A stretch of DNA of 64,000 nucleotides from Blastocatellia bacterium (GTDB lineage: Bacteria; Acidobacteriota; Blastocatellia; Pyrinomonadales; Pyrinomonadaceae): NCBI GenBank assembly GCA_033855775.1, contig JAWVFT010000047.1, positions 4,263-68,262 of the forward strand. The letters are read 5' to 3'. Made by a program: the position numbers and the translations under genes. The notes beneath the pieces are model-generated. The model saw only the letters and a program-made list of their open reading frames with translations. It ran no database searches and was not told the DNA's origin. Below, piece by piece: positions 47,164 to 56,247 of this stretch. Positions within the stretch are counted from its first letter, which is position 1. Every line of letters begins with the position of its first letter.

Positions 47164-48532
47164 ATTTGTTGATGCGACGATAGAGCGCGCTGCGGCTCAA
47201 GCCGAGAGCCGAGGCGGCTTGATTGACGTTGCCTTCAAAACGCGCCAGAGCCTTGCGTATCAAAAGGCTCTCGACCTCTTCGAGGCTCATCTCTTCAAGA
47301 CGGCGCGCGTTGTCCGCGATTGATTGTAAGCCGAGGTCGGCGACGCTCACCAGATTGCCTTGCGCCATCAGCGACGCGCGTTCGACGGCGTGTTGCAACT
47401 CGCGTATGTTGCCCGGCCACGCGCGATTCATCAGAGCCTCAATCGCCGCCTGCTCGAAGCCGTCCAACTGCTTGCGATAACGCGCGGCGTGCGGGCGCAG
47501 GAAATGCGCCGCGAGCAGCGGGATGTCTTCGCGCCGCTCACGCAGCGGCGGCAAATGCATCTCCACCGTGTTAAGACGAAAGAGCAGGTCTTGACGAAAA
47601 CGGCCCGCCGCCACTTCTTCATGAAGATTCGCGTTCGTCGCCGACAGCACGCGAACGCTTGCGCGCCGCGTCTTCGACGAGCCGACAGGCTCAAACTCGC
47701 CCGTCTCCAAAACGCGCAACAGCTTCGGCTGCAAGTTCAACGGAACGGTCGCAATCTCGTCCAGAAAGAGCGTGCCGCCGTCGGCCAACTCAAAGCGCCC
47801 GACGCGATCCGCGCGCGCGTCCGTGTACGCCCCGCGCACATGCCCGAAGAGCTCGCTCTCGAAGACGCCTTCGGAGAGCGCGCCCGCGTTGACCGTTATC
47901 AATGGCTTCGTCGCGCGTTCCGACAGCGCGTGCAAGTGGCGCGCGACGATTTCCTTGCCCGTGCCGTTCTCGCCTGTGATGAGGACGTTGGCGTCCGACG
48001 GCCCGATGCGCGCGAGCAACTGCTTGACGGGCTGCATGGCTCTTGATTCGCCAATCAGCGGAGGCAGGCTCGCGCGGCTGCCGTCGCGCAGCAATTGATT
48101 CTCGGCTTCGAGCCGACGCCCCTGCCTGAGAGCGCGGCCAAGCTCAACCTGCGTGCGCAGGATGGTCAGCAACCGCTCGTTCTCCCATGGCTTCTGCACA
48201 AAGTCGCGCGCCCCGCGCCGGATGGCTTCGACCGCCACTTCGACGCTGCCCCACGCTGTCATGACGACGACGGGCAGCGTCGCGTCGAGCGTCTGTATCT
48301 CGCGCAGCAAATCAAGACCTTCCTGTCCCGAAGTGGTATCGCGCGCATAGTTCAAGTCCATCAACACGACATCGAAATCCTCAGCCCTGAGAGCCGTCAG
48401 GACTTTCGCGGGCGAAGCCGCAGACTCAAGTTGATAGCCCTCGCTCTTGAGCAGCAGCCGCAGCGCCTCAAGCACGTCCGGCTGGTCGTCAGCGATTAAG
48501 ATTTTAGGAGTCGAAGCCATGGAGCTTTTCAT
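47153..48532 (-). CDS. NtrC-family response regulator (REC + AAA+ + HTH) with variant GAFTGA loop
   Basis: REC domain (KILIADDQPDV...VLMDLNY). Walker A GENGTGKE. The loop reads GAYTDA (47816-47833) instead of GAFTGA. C-terminal HTH QAASALGLSRSALYRRI. Confidence 0.9.
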   Translation of the reverse strand: MKSSMASTPKILIADDQPDVLEALRLLLKSEGYQLESAASPAKVLTALRAEDFDVVLMDLNYARDTTSGQEGLDLLREIQTLDATLPVVVMTAWGSVEVAVEAIRRGARDFVQKPWENERLLTILRTQVELGRALRQGRRLEAENQLLRDGSRASLPPLIGESRAMQPVKQLLARIGPSDANVLITGENGTGKEIVARHLHALSERATKPLITVNAGALSEGVFESELFGHVRGAYTDARADRVGRFELADGGTLFLDEIATVPLNLQPKLLRVLETGEFEPVGSSKTRRASVRVLSATNANLHEEVAAGRFRQDLLFRLNTVEMHLPPLRERREDIPLLAAHFLRPHAARYRKQLDGFEQAAIEALMNRAWPGNIRELQHAVERASLMAQGNLVSVADLGLQSIADNARRLEEMSLEEVESLLIRKALARFEGNVNQAASALGLSRSALYRRINKYGL

Positions 48533-51066
48533 TCCTGTCGCAGGGCGTTCATCGGGTTCATCTTCATCGCGCGCCGCGCTGGAAAATAGCTGGCCAGAAG
48601 CGACAGCCCGACGAGCAATAAAGTGATGCCCGTGAAGATGCCGCGGTCAGTCGCGCTCACTCCGTAGAGGAAATTTGAGAGCAAGCGTGTGCCTGCGAAC
48701 GCCGCGACGATTCCCATCAAGACGCCCGTTCCGACGAGCAGCATGCTCTCTCCCAACACCAGTTTCAGAATATCGCGCTCCGATGCTCCGACCGCCATGC
48801 GGATGCCAATCTCGTGCGTTCTGAGCGTCACCACGTAGTTCATCATGCCGCCGATGCCGACCAGCGCCAACAGTAGAGCCATGAAGGCGAACGCGGACAT
48901 CAGCCACGCGCCCGTGCGAAACCAAGCCGTGCGGGCCGCGATGCGTTGCTGCATCGTCAGCGCCGCGTAGACGGGCAACTCCGCATCTATGCTTCGCACA
49001 GAGCGGCTGAGCGCGTCCTGCGCTTCTGCCATCTCGCCGTCCGTGCGCGCGACAAGACCCAAATCATAAACGGGATGCTGTAGCAAACTGAAGTAAATAT
49101 CCGGGTCATCGTTTGGCGTCTCTCGCATGTTGCGCTGGCGCACGTTGGCGGCGACGCCGACAACCATGTGCCACGCGCGCTCAGAGTCCGGGTCGGAGCC
49201 TTCCTTGATTTGTTTGCTAATCGGGTCTTGACCGGGCCAGAGACGCTCGGCCAAAGTCTGGCTGATAACGACGACCTTCGGCGCTTCAATCCGGTCTTCC
49301 GCTCGAAACTCGCGCCCGCGCAGGATGCGAATCCCCAGAGTCTCGAAATACTGCGGGCCGACGTGATGAGTATAGACTCTGTTCTCCTTGCCGGGCGCGG
49401 CGGTCGGTTGTCCTTCAACGGCGATGACGGTCGCGGACGAGCCTTCGCCGAGCGGGATGTCGCTCGTCAGGCTGCTTCGCAGCAGGTGCGGCAGTTGATG
49501 CGCGCGCTGGCTCAAGGCGTCTGCGAAAGCAACGATGTCCGCCTCCGTGTAGCGTCGCGCCGGAAGCTCGACTCTCATCGTCACCAGTCGTTCGGGGTCG
49601 AAGCCGAGGTCAATGCGGTAGAGTTGCTTGAAGCTCTTAATCATCAGGCCCGCGCCGATTAAGAGCACGACCGCCAGCGCGGTTTCCAACACGACGAGCA
49701 GCCCGCGCGCCCGCAGCCGTAAAAAGCTTCGACCGCCGAGCCGCCACATCGCGCGCCCTTCCTTCAAGCTACAGTTGAGGTCTTGCCGCGAAGCTTGCAG
49801 AGCCGGAAGCAGCCCGAACAGCGCTCCCGTCATGATTGAAACGGCGAACGCGAAGGCGAAGACGCGCGCGTCCAGGTGAACGCGGACGAACCACGGAATC
49901 GTGAACGGGCTCAAGCCGACAACGAGGTCGATGCCCCACATCGACAGCAACAGTCCGAGCATTCCGCCGCCGAGCGACAACAGCAAACTCTCCGTCAACA
50001 TCTGCGTCATCAAACGCGCGCGGCTCGCGCCGAGCGCGGCGCGAATCGCCATCTCCTTCTGCCGCTTCGAAGCCCGCACGAGTTGCAGGTTGGCGACGTT
50101 GACGCACGCAATCAACAGCACGCAGCCGACTGCCACGATGAACAGCACGAGCGTGGCGCGAGCGTTGCCGAGCCATTCGTCGGCAAGCGTAATGACCGAC
50201 GCGCCGCGATTAGTGTTTGAGAGCGGATAGGCTTGTGCGAGCCGCTGCGAAACGGCGTCCATCTCGGCCTGCGCCTGCGCGAGGGTGACGTTCGGCTTCA
50301 AGCGCGCAATCGTGGCCAGGCCACGAGCGCCGCGCATACGCAAATTCTCTCGCTCCACCGTGCCGCGCACGGGGTCGTTGAACGAGTTGGACAAAAGCGC
50401 CCAGACTTCCGTGCCTTGAATCGTGCCGCGAAAATTTTCGGGCATGATGCCGACGACCGCGTAGCTTTCTTCGTTGAGCTTGATAGTTCGATTGACCAGA
50501 TTCGGGTCGGAGCCGAAGCGTCGTTGCCAGAGTTGATGGCTGATGATGGCGACCCTGCGTGGATTGTCAAAGTTATCTTCTTCGGGCAGAAACGCGCGCC
50601 CGCGCTCGACCGTCACGCCGAGGACGGGAAAGTAGCTGGCCGTGACATACTCGCCCGCGACGCGTTCGGCTGCGCCGCCGCCGGAGAGATTGAAGGACGA
50701 GAGCTTGACTGCTGCAATGTCTGTGAAGGATTGATTCTGCGCGCGCCAGTCCAGATAGTCCGGATAAGAGACGCCGCGCTGTTCGACCTCTTTCCGCTTG
50801 ACCGTCTCCCAGACGACGACGAGACGCTGCGGCTCAGCGTAAGGCAGCGGGCGCAGCAGCACGGAGTTGACGAAGCTGAAGACGGTCGTGCTCGCTCCAA
50901 TCGCCAGGGCCAGCGATAAAAGGGCTGTGACCGTGAAGCCCGGACTCTTCCAGAGCGTGCGGAGTCCGTATTGAATATCTTGTGCGAGCTTTTCCAAAAC
51001 TGTGATTCCGCGAACGATGATGACAGACGAAGCCGCAGCCTTGCCACTGCTTCGCCCGTCATTCAT
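48529..51066 (-). CDS. duplicated FtsX/MacB-type ABC permease (ADOP family)
   Basis: N-terminal QDIQYGLRTLWKSPGFTVTALLSLALAIGASTTVFSFVNSVLLRPLPY signature. Two MacB-like periplasmic domains and two FtsX 4-TM modules. 845 aa. Confidence 0.88.
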   Translation of the reverse strand: MNDGRSSGKAAASSVIIVRGITVLEKLAQDIQYGLRTLWKSPGFTVTALLSLALAIGASTTVFSFVNSVLLRPLPYAEPQRLVVVWETVKRKEVEQRGVSYPDYLDWRAQNQSFTDIAAVKLSSFNLSGGGAAERVAGEYVTASYFPVLGVTVERGRAFLPEEDNFDNPRRVAIISHQLWQRRFGSDPNLVNRTIKLNEESYAVVGIMPENFRGTIQGTEVWALLSNSFNDPVRGTVERENLRMRGARGLATIARLKPNVTLAQAQAEMDAVSQRLAQAYPLSNTNRGASVITLADEWLGNARATLVLFIVAVGCVLLIACVNVANLQLVRASKRQKEMAIRAALGASRARLMTQMLTESLLLSLGGGMLGLLLSMWGIDLVVGLSPFTIPWFVRVHLDARVFAFAFAVSIMTGALFGLLPALQASRQDLNCSLKEGRAMWRLGGRSFLRLRARGLLVVLETALAVVLLIGAGLMIKSFKQLYRIDLGFDPERLVTMRVELPARRYTEADIVAFADALSQRAHQLPHLLRSSLTSDIPLGEGSSATVIAVEGQPTAAPGKENRVYTHHVGPQYFETLGIRILRGREFRAEDRIEAPKVVVISQTLAERLWPGQDPISKQIKEGSDPDSERAWHMVVGVAANVRQRNMRETPNDDPDIYFSLLQHPVYDLGLVARTDGEMAEAQDALSRSVRSIDAELPVYAALTMQQRIAARTAWFRTGAWLMSAFAFMALLLALVGIGGMMNYVVTLRTHEIGIRMAVGASERDILKLVLGESMLLVGTGVLMGIVAAFAGTRLLSNFLYGVSATDRGIFTGITLLLVGLSLLASYFPARRAMKMNPMNALRQE

Positions 51067-51096
51067 GTGCGCCTTTTTTATCCTTCGCCCAAGAGC

Positions 51097-54000
51097 TTAT
51101 TTATACGACGGATATTGCGGTCGTTTCGGAGCGACGGGCGGGCTCTTCTGCAAAGCTTCGAGCGCGACCTGCACGGCTTTTTCCAGTTGCGGGTCGCGGC
51201 CCGCGCGCCAGTCCGCGGGCGTTATCTCGACGGCGATGTCGGGCGCGACGCCGTTGTTCTCGATGTCTAAAATTCCTTTCTTCGGATTGTAGAAAGCGCG
51301 ATTGGGCGCGCTGATGCCGCCGCCGTCGAGCAGTTCGGGAATGGACACATAACCGCCGATGCCCGCGCCGTAAGTGCGTTGGCCGACCAGCGCGCCGATG
51401 CCCGCCTGACGGAACATCCAAGGCAGCGTGTCGCCGCCCGAACCAGCAAACTCGTTAATAATCATCACGCGCGGGCCGGGCATGGCGTTAGCCGGAAACG
51501 GCAAATCGTCGCCTTCGCGGAACGCGTAGTAAGAGAGCGGAGAGCGGCGCAACACGTCTATGAAATAGTCTGCCGGAGCGCCGCCCGAATTGAACCGCTC
51601 GTCAATTATCAAGCCCTGCTTGTCGAGTTGCCCGTAGTAGTCGCGGTTGAAAGCCTGATAGCCGGGCGTGCCCGTGTTCGGCAGGTAGATGTAAGCCAGC
51701 TTGCCGCCGGACAACTCTTCGACGCGGCGACGATTGTTTTCCGTCCATGCGAAACTACGCAAAGTGTTTTCGCCGAGCAGCGGAATCACAGTGATTGTGC
51801 GCGCATCGCTGCCGTCCGCTTTAGCTCCGACTTTAAGCTGCGCGGGGCGACGCGCCTTGCCTTGAAAGTAGCTGTACAAATTCGTGTCGGCGGTAATCTC
51901 TTTGCCGTCCACGCTGATGAGATAGTCGCCCTCGTGAGCGTTCACGCCGGGTTGCGTGAGCGGCGATGTCAACAGCGGTTGCGAATTGTCGCCGCGATAA
52001 ATGCGCGCGATGCGGTAGCGATTATTCTCGATGGTGAAGTCTGCGCCGAGCATCCCGACGTTGGCGTCGCCGCCAGCGTTTGGCGCGTCGCCGCCGCCAA
52101 TCGCCATGTGGCTGATGGCAAGGTTCGACAGCATATCTCTGAACAGCGCGTTCAAGTCGGCGCGCGTCACGATGTTCGGCAAGTACGCGGCATAGCTCTT
52201 CTTCAATTCCGCGAGATTCTGGCCGTGAACCTTCGGGTCGTAGAAATAGTCGCGGACGACGCGCCAAGCCTCGTTGTACATCTGCTGCCATTCGGCGCGC
52301 GGCTCAATCTTGATTTCAACTTTATCGAGGTCGAGCTTTCCTTCGTCGGGCTTCGGCGGCGCGTCCGTGCCGACGACAGACCAGTTGCCGCGCTTCTGGT
52401 AAACAAGACGGCTGCCGTCGTCCGAGATGGCGGCGTTCGTGATGCCTTCGAGGAATTTGTCCGACTTGCGATTGTTGAGGTCGAGCCTGTAGAGAGTCTG
52501 CGGCGGGCCTTCGCCGCCCGTGAAGTTGCTCCAATCGTTGGCGGCTGCGAAGAGCACGCCCGCGCGTCCGGCAGCGAGCGTTGTGTAGTCGAGCGGCGGC
52601 CCCGGCAACGGCAAGATGCGCCCGCCGATGTTCTCCAAATCAATGCGAAACGCGGCGGCTGTTGATGGCTGCGTTTCATTCTCGTTGCGCGGCGGCTGAG
52701 GCAACGCGGGCGAAGGCTCGTCCGCGCGCAGGACGACGATGTTGATGTTGCTGGTGATGACGGGCTCGAACGGGAAAGCGGACATGCCAAAGGCGCGGCC
52801 CGGCCCTGCGTTGATGCTCGATAGAAAGTATAGATACTTGCCGCCGCGGTCAAAGGCCGGGCTGTCTGCGTCTAAGCGATTGGCGCTGACGGTCGTCGCC
52901 TTGCCCGTGTCGAGCGAGTAGAGGAACAGCCCGCGCTGGCGCGTGGCGAGAAACTTGGCGTAGGCCAGCCAACGGCTATCGGGCGACCATGCGACGGAAA
53001 AGTTTCCCTGACCGGCGAAGGATGACGTGTCAACCTTCTGCGCCGCGCCGCGCTCTATGTCAACGTACCAGAGCGACAAACGCTTGTCGGAAAAAGCGAC
53101 TTTTTTAGAGTCGGGCGACCAGACAGGCTCGCTGTAGAAAGACGGATTGCGCTCGACGCTGATTTTGCGCGGAGCGCCTTCGCCGCTCGCGGGGCGTATG
53201 TGCAACTCGTATTCGCCGGACTCGTCGGAGAAGTAAGCGATAGATTTTCCGTCAGGAGAGAAGACCGGGAAACGCTCGGCCACGCCGGGTGTCTGCGTCA
53301 GGTTGCGCGCTTCCTTCTTCGAGACGTTGAGCACGAGAATCTCGCCGCGCGCCCCGAACAAGACCTCCGCGCCATCTGGCGAAATGTTGGATGAACGAAT
53401 CCATCGCGCGGCCTTCACGGAGCGCGGCTGCGTCTCCGTAAACTCGCCCGCGACGCGAACGGGAACCACGCGCGCTTGATTGCTTTTCAAATCGAACAAC
53501 TGAAGCTGCCCGCCCTGCGTGAAGACGATGGCGTCATCGGTCGCCGCCGCCGCCTTCACATCCGTCTTCTCAAATTTGGTCAACTGCCCGACCTTTTTGG
53601 TCGCGGTGTCGTAAGAAAAAAGGTTGGCCGTGCCCGTGCGGTCGGAGATGAAGTAGATGCTATTGCCCAGCCACATCGGCGCGGCGTCGTTGGAATCAAC
53701 GCGCGGCACGCTTCCTTCAATCTGGCTGTCGCTGAGCCTGACAATCTGTATCGGGCTCGTCGCGCCGCCGCGATAGTTGCGCCAGCTTTGCGGCGCGCGT
53801 CTTTGCGAGAGAGCGGCGCGCGAGCCGTCCGGCGAAAGCGCGACGGCGACGCCCATCGGAAACGGCAAGTCAGTCTCGAATCCTCCGGCGGCGGGAATCC
53901 GGTAGAGACGACTGAACGCGTCCGAGGTGCGCTGCGAACTGAAGAGCACGCCTTTGCCGTCCGGCGTCCAACCGGCGACAAAATCCGGCTTCGGATGATA

Positions 54001-54351
54001 CGTCAAACGGCGCATCTCGCCGCCCGCGGCTTGCATCACGTACACGTCTAAGTTGCCGCCGACGTTCTTCGAGAAAGCCACCTGCGCGCCGTCTGGCGAA
54101 AACGCGGGCGCCGTTTCGTCTCCCGGCGCGCTCGTCAAACGTCGCGCATCGCCGCCCGCGCGCTCGACTATCCAAACGCTTCCGGCGTAGACGAACGCAA
54201 TCTGCGAACGGCTGACGGTAGGACTCTGCAAGGGCATCGGCCCAGTCTGCGCCGCGCACATTGTCAGGCTCAGCAACAACAAAACACACGAGGTCATTAA
54301 ACGAAGCATAGCTGTCATCCTTTCGCGGAACGGGGCATTAAAGTTCGACAT
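51097..54351 (-). CDS. tricorn-protease-like S41 peptidase (beta-propellers + PDZ + S41 domain)
   Basis: Signal peptide. N-terminal IAFVYAGSVWIV..., TolB/WD40-like repeats (SPDG... recurring), a PDZ-like segment, and a C-terminal S41 region with NEFAGSGGD. 1084 aa. Confidence 0.85.
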   Translation of the reverse strand: MSNFNAPFRERMTAMLRLMTSCVLLLLSLTMCAAQTGPMPLQSPTVSRSQIAFVYAGSVWIVERAGGDARRLTSAPGDETAPAFSPDGAQVAFSKNVGGNLDVYVMQAAGGEMRRLTYHPKPDFVAGWTPDGKGVLFSSQRTSDAFSRLYRIPAAGGFETDLPFPMGVAVALSPDGSRAALSQRRAPQSWRNYRGGATSPIQIVRLSDSQIEGSVPRVDSNDAAPMWLGNSIYFISDRTGTANLFSYDTATKKVGQLTKFEKTDVKAAAATDDAIVFTQGGQLQLFDLKSNQARVVPVRVAGEFTETQPRSVKAARWIRSSNISPDGAEVLFGARGEILVLNVSKKEARNLTQTPGVAERFPVFSPDGKSIAYFSDESGEYELHIRPASGEGAPRKISVERNPSFYSEPVWSPDSKKVAFSDKRLSLWYVDIERGAAQKVDTSSFAGQGNFSVAWSPDSRWLAYAKFLATRQRGLFLYSLDTGKATTVSANRLDADSPAFDRGGKYLYFLSSINAGPGRAFGMSAFPFEPVITSNINIVVLRADEPSPALPQPPRNENETQPSTAAAFRIDLENIGGRILPLPGPPLDYTTLAAGRAGVLFAAANDWSNFTGGEGPPQTLYRLDLNNRKSDKFLEGITNAAISDDGSRLVYQKRGNWSVVGTDAPPKPDEGKLDLDKVEIKIEPRAEWQQMYNEAWRVVRDYFYDPKVHGQNLAELKKSYAAYLPNIVTRADLNALFRDMLSNLAISHMAIGGGDAPNAGGDANVGMLGADFTIENNRYRIARIYRGDNSQPLLTSPLTQPGVNAHEGDYLISVDGKEITADTNLYSYFQGKARRPAQLKVGAKADGSDARTITVIPLLGENTLRSFAWTENNRRRVEELSGGKLAYIYLPNTGTPGYQAFNRDYYGQLDKQGLIIDERFNSGGAPADYFIDVLRRSPLSYYAFREGDDLPFPANAMPGPRVMIINEFAGSGGDTLPWMFRQAGIGALVGQRTYGAGIGGYVSIPELLDGGGISAPNRAFYNPKKGILDIENNGVAPDIAVEITPADWRAGRDPQLEKAVQVALEALQKSPPVAPKRPQYPSYK

Positions 54352-54493
54352 TAAAATTCAGAGCTACGGAGTCAGCGAAGTTGAAGCGCATGAGCATGGC
54401 GAAGTTAAAGTCTATGAGCGAAGCGAAGAGAAATTCACCCCGGAGTTTCTCTGCCTCTATCTCCCGGCTCAACGCTTTCGGCCAACGTGTTCA

Positions 54494-55213
54494 TCAAGCC
54501 ACCTTGACGCCTTCTTCTTTCGTGATGCGACCATCGAAGAGATGTATGGTGCGGTCCGCATAGCGCGCGTAGGCCGGATCGTGCGTCACCATGCAGACGG
54601 TTGCGCCCTGCCGGTGCAGGTCGCGCAGCAACTCCATCACGGCCTGCCCGCTTTGCGAATCGAGATTGCCGGTCGGCTCGTCCGCGAGAATAATCGCGGG
54701 CTGTCCGGCGACGGCGCGGGCGACCGCCACGCGCTGCTGCTGTCCGCCGGAGAGTTGGCTCGGCAGATGTTTGGCGCGTCGCGCCATCCCGACTTTTTCG
54801 AGCGCGGCCTGCGCCAGTCGCTTTCGCTCCGACGCCTTCATGCCGCGATAAGTGAGCGGCAGTTCGACGTTTTCATAAACGGTCAGGTCGCTGATGAGAT
54901 TGAAGCTTTGAAAGATGAAACCGATTTCCAGATTACGAAGGCGCGCTCGCTTGGTCGGCGACAAGCTCTCGATTGCTTGGCCCGCGAGCCAGTAGTCGCC
55001 TTCGGTCGGCGTGTCGAGCAGTCCGAGAATCGAGAGCAGCGTTGACTTGCCGCAACCCGAAGGCCCCGCGATGGCGACGTGCTCGCCGCGCATAATCTCA
55101 AGGTGAACGCCTGAGAGAGCGTGCGCCTCGACTTCATCCGTAAAGAAAATCTTGGTCACGCCCGCCAGTCGCATCAACGGTTGTGGCAGAGCCTCGCTTA
55201 GTTGCTTCTTCAT
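54494..55213 (-). CDS. ABC transporter ATP-binding protein (MacB/LolD type)
   Basis: Walker A GPSGCGKST, signature LSGGQQQRVAVARA, Walker B ILADEPTGNLD. Confidence 0.93.
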   Translation of the reverse strand: MKKQLSEALPQPLMRLAGVTKIFFTDEVEAHALSGVHLEIMRGEHVAIAGPSGCGKSTLLSILGLLDTPTEGDYWLAGQAIESLSPTKRARLRNLEIGFIFQSFNLISDLTVYENVELPLTYRGMKASERKRLAQAALEKVGMARRAKHLPSQLSGGQQQRVAVARAVAGQPAIILADEPTGNLDSQSGQAVMELLRDLHRQGATVCMVTHDPAYARYADRTIHLFDGRITKEEGVKVA

Positions 55214-55303
55214 CTTTTAAACTACGCCGCGACCGACAACTGCTCGTCTCTCATGCTTTCGCTGCGGCGGCCCGCGTCGAATCAGACTTCCGCGCTATTC
55301 TTT

Positions 55304-55318
55304 TCAACTCTCGTGCCA
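55304..55318 (-). promoter_or_regulatory. weak sigma-54-like promoter candidate upstream of the ABC ATPase gene
   Basis: The minus strand reads TGGCAC (55318-55313), GAGAG, TTGA (55307-55304). The -24 box is perfect, but the -12 GC is replaced by GA. Confidence 0.25.
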
Positions 55319-55705
55319 CCTCAACTTGTTCGTCCAAGCGTAAAATTGGCAAGCGTTTTCGTTGATTATTTGAAAACAAAACGCGCTCGCGTTCGTTTAT
55401 GGAATCGTCGAATCCCAAAATCGAAAAAGTCCGGCGACGGAAAATCTCCAACCATGAAACGAGGGCAGAGAAGATGAACGAGCCTGCCGCCATGATGGAT
55501 GAAGATGATGAAAGCGCGCGTGCGCCAGTCAGCTTCAAGAGGTGAACGATTCAAAATAAAACATGAGCGTCTGCAAAGCCGCGCTTGTTTCAGTACAGAT
55601 TGTTGCCCTTCGCTCTTTCAATCGTCGCTCGAAAATTCTGCTCATCAAGACTTAAAGTTCCAAAGCAAAACGTTTAGCCGTTTTCACCGCGATACGGCGA
55701 TGAAC

Positions 55706-55720
55706 TGGCACGAGCATTGC
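55706..55720 (+). promoter_or_regulatory. sigma-54 (-24/-12) promoter
   Basis: TGGCAC (55706-55711), GAGCA, TTGC (55717-55720). This matches the consensus exactly and lies about 90 nt upstream of the 48-aa membrane protein gene. Confidence 0.7.
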
Positions 55721-55808
55721 CATGTGTAAGAGCAGGACGGCGCGCGATTGAGGCGCGGATTGAGGAACAAAACAAAAGGTCTTTAGCTGACAAAAGGAGA
55801 CGAATATC

Positions 55809-55955
55809 ATGTTGTGGACAATTCTCGTGGTCTTGTTGGTTTTGTGGTTGATCGGCGCTATCGGTGGAATCGGCGGTAGCATGATTCACTTGCTGCTCGT
55901 GGTCGCGCTGGTCGTTTTGGTGATTAACCTGCTGACAGGCCGTCGCACGGTCTAA
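55809..55955 (+). CDS. 48-aa two-TM membrane protein (lmo0937-like family)
   Basis: Absent from the ORF track (under 60 aa). AAAGGAGA lies 7 nt before ATG 55809. Product: MLWTILVVLLVLWLIGAIGGIGGSMIHLLLVVALVVLVINLLTGRRTV, which matches the MLWTI...GRR(V) pattern of this small-protein family as I remember it. Confidence 0.7.
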   Translation: MLWTILVVLLVLWLIGAIGGIGGSMIHLLLVVALVVLVINLLTGRRTV

Positions 55956-56092
55956 CGGGCAACTCGAACGGCAGTCTTGCTAAGCAGAGATATTTCTTAG
56001 TTCAACTTTAGAACGCCAGTCGCGCACGTCAACGGGCCGGCTGGCTTCTCAGAGACGCCTGTCCCAAACGGGGCAAGGTACGTCCACAACAT

Positions 56093-56129
56093 CAGCGCTC
56101 CTTCGTAAAGCAATTTTGAAGGGGCGCTG
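56093..56129 (+). terminator. terminator-like hairpin without T tract
   Basis: CAGCGCTCCTTC and GAAGGGGCGCTG form a 12-bp stem (one G-T pair) with a 13-nt loop. Confidence 0.35.
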
Positions 56130-56247
56130 AGTTGTGTCTATCCTGCGTAGCCAATCCAGATCAGAGAAGTTCAATCGTCAATGCTATAATCCAGCTCGCG
56201 CCTGAACGCTCTTGAGAATGTGCCGGATGAGGAGCCGCTAAGCCTTC

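Noticed and set aside
51379-52665. 428-aa ORF on the plus strand
   Set aside because: It is antisense to the tricorn-like protease gene. It has shadow-ORF composition (R/A/V-rich) and no recognisable motifs.
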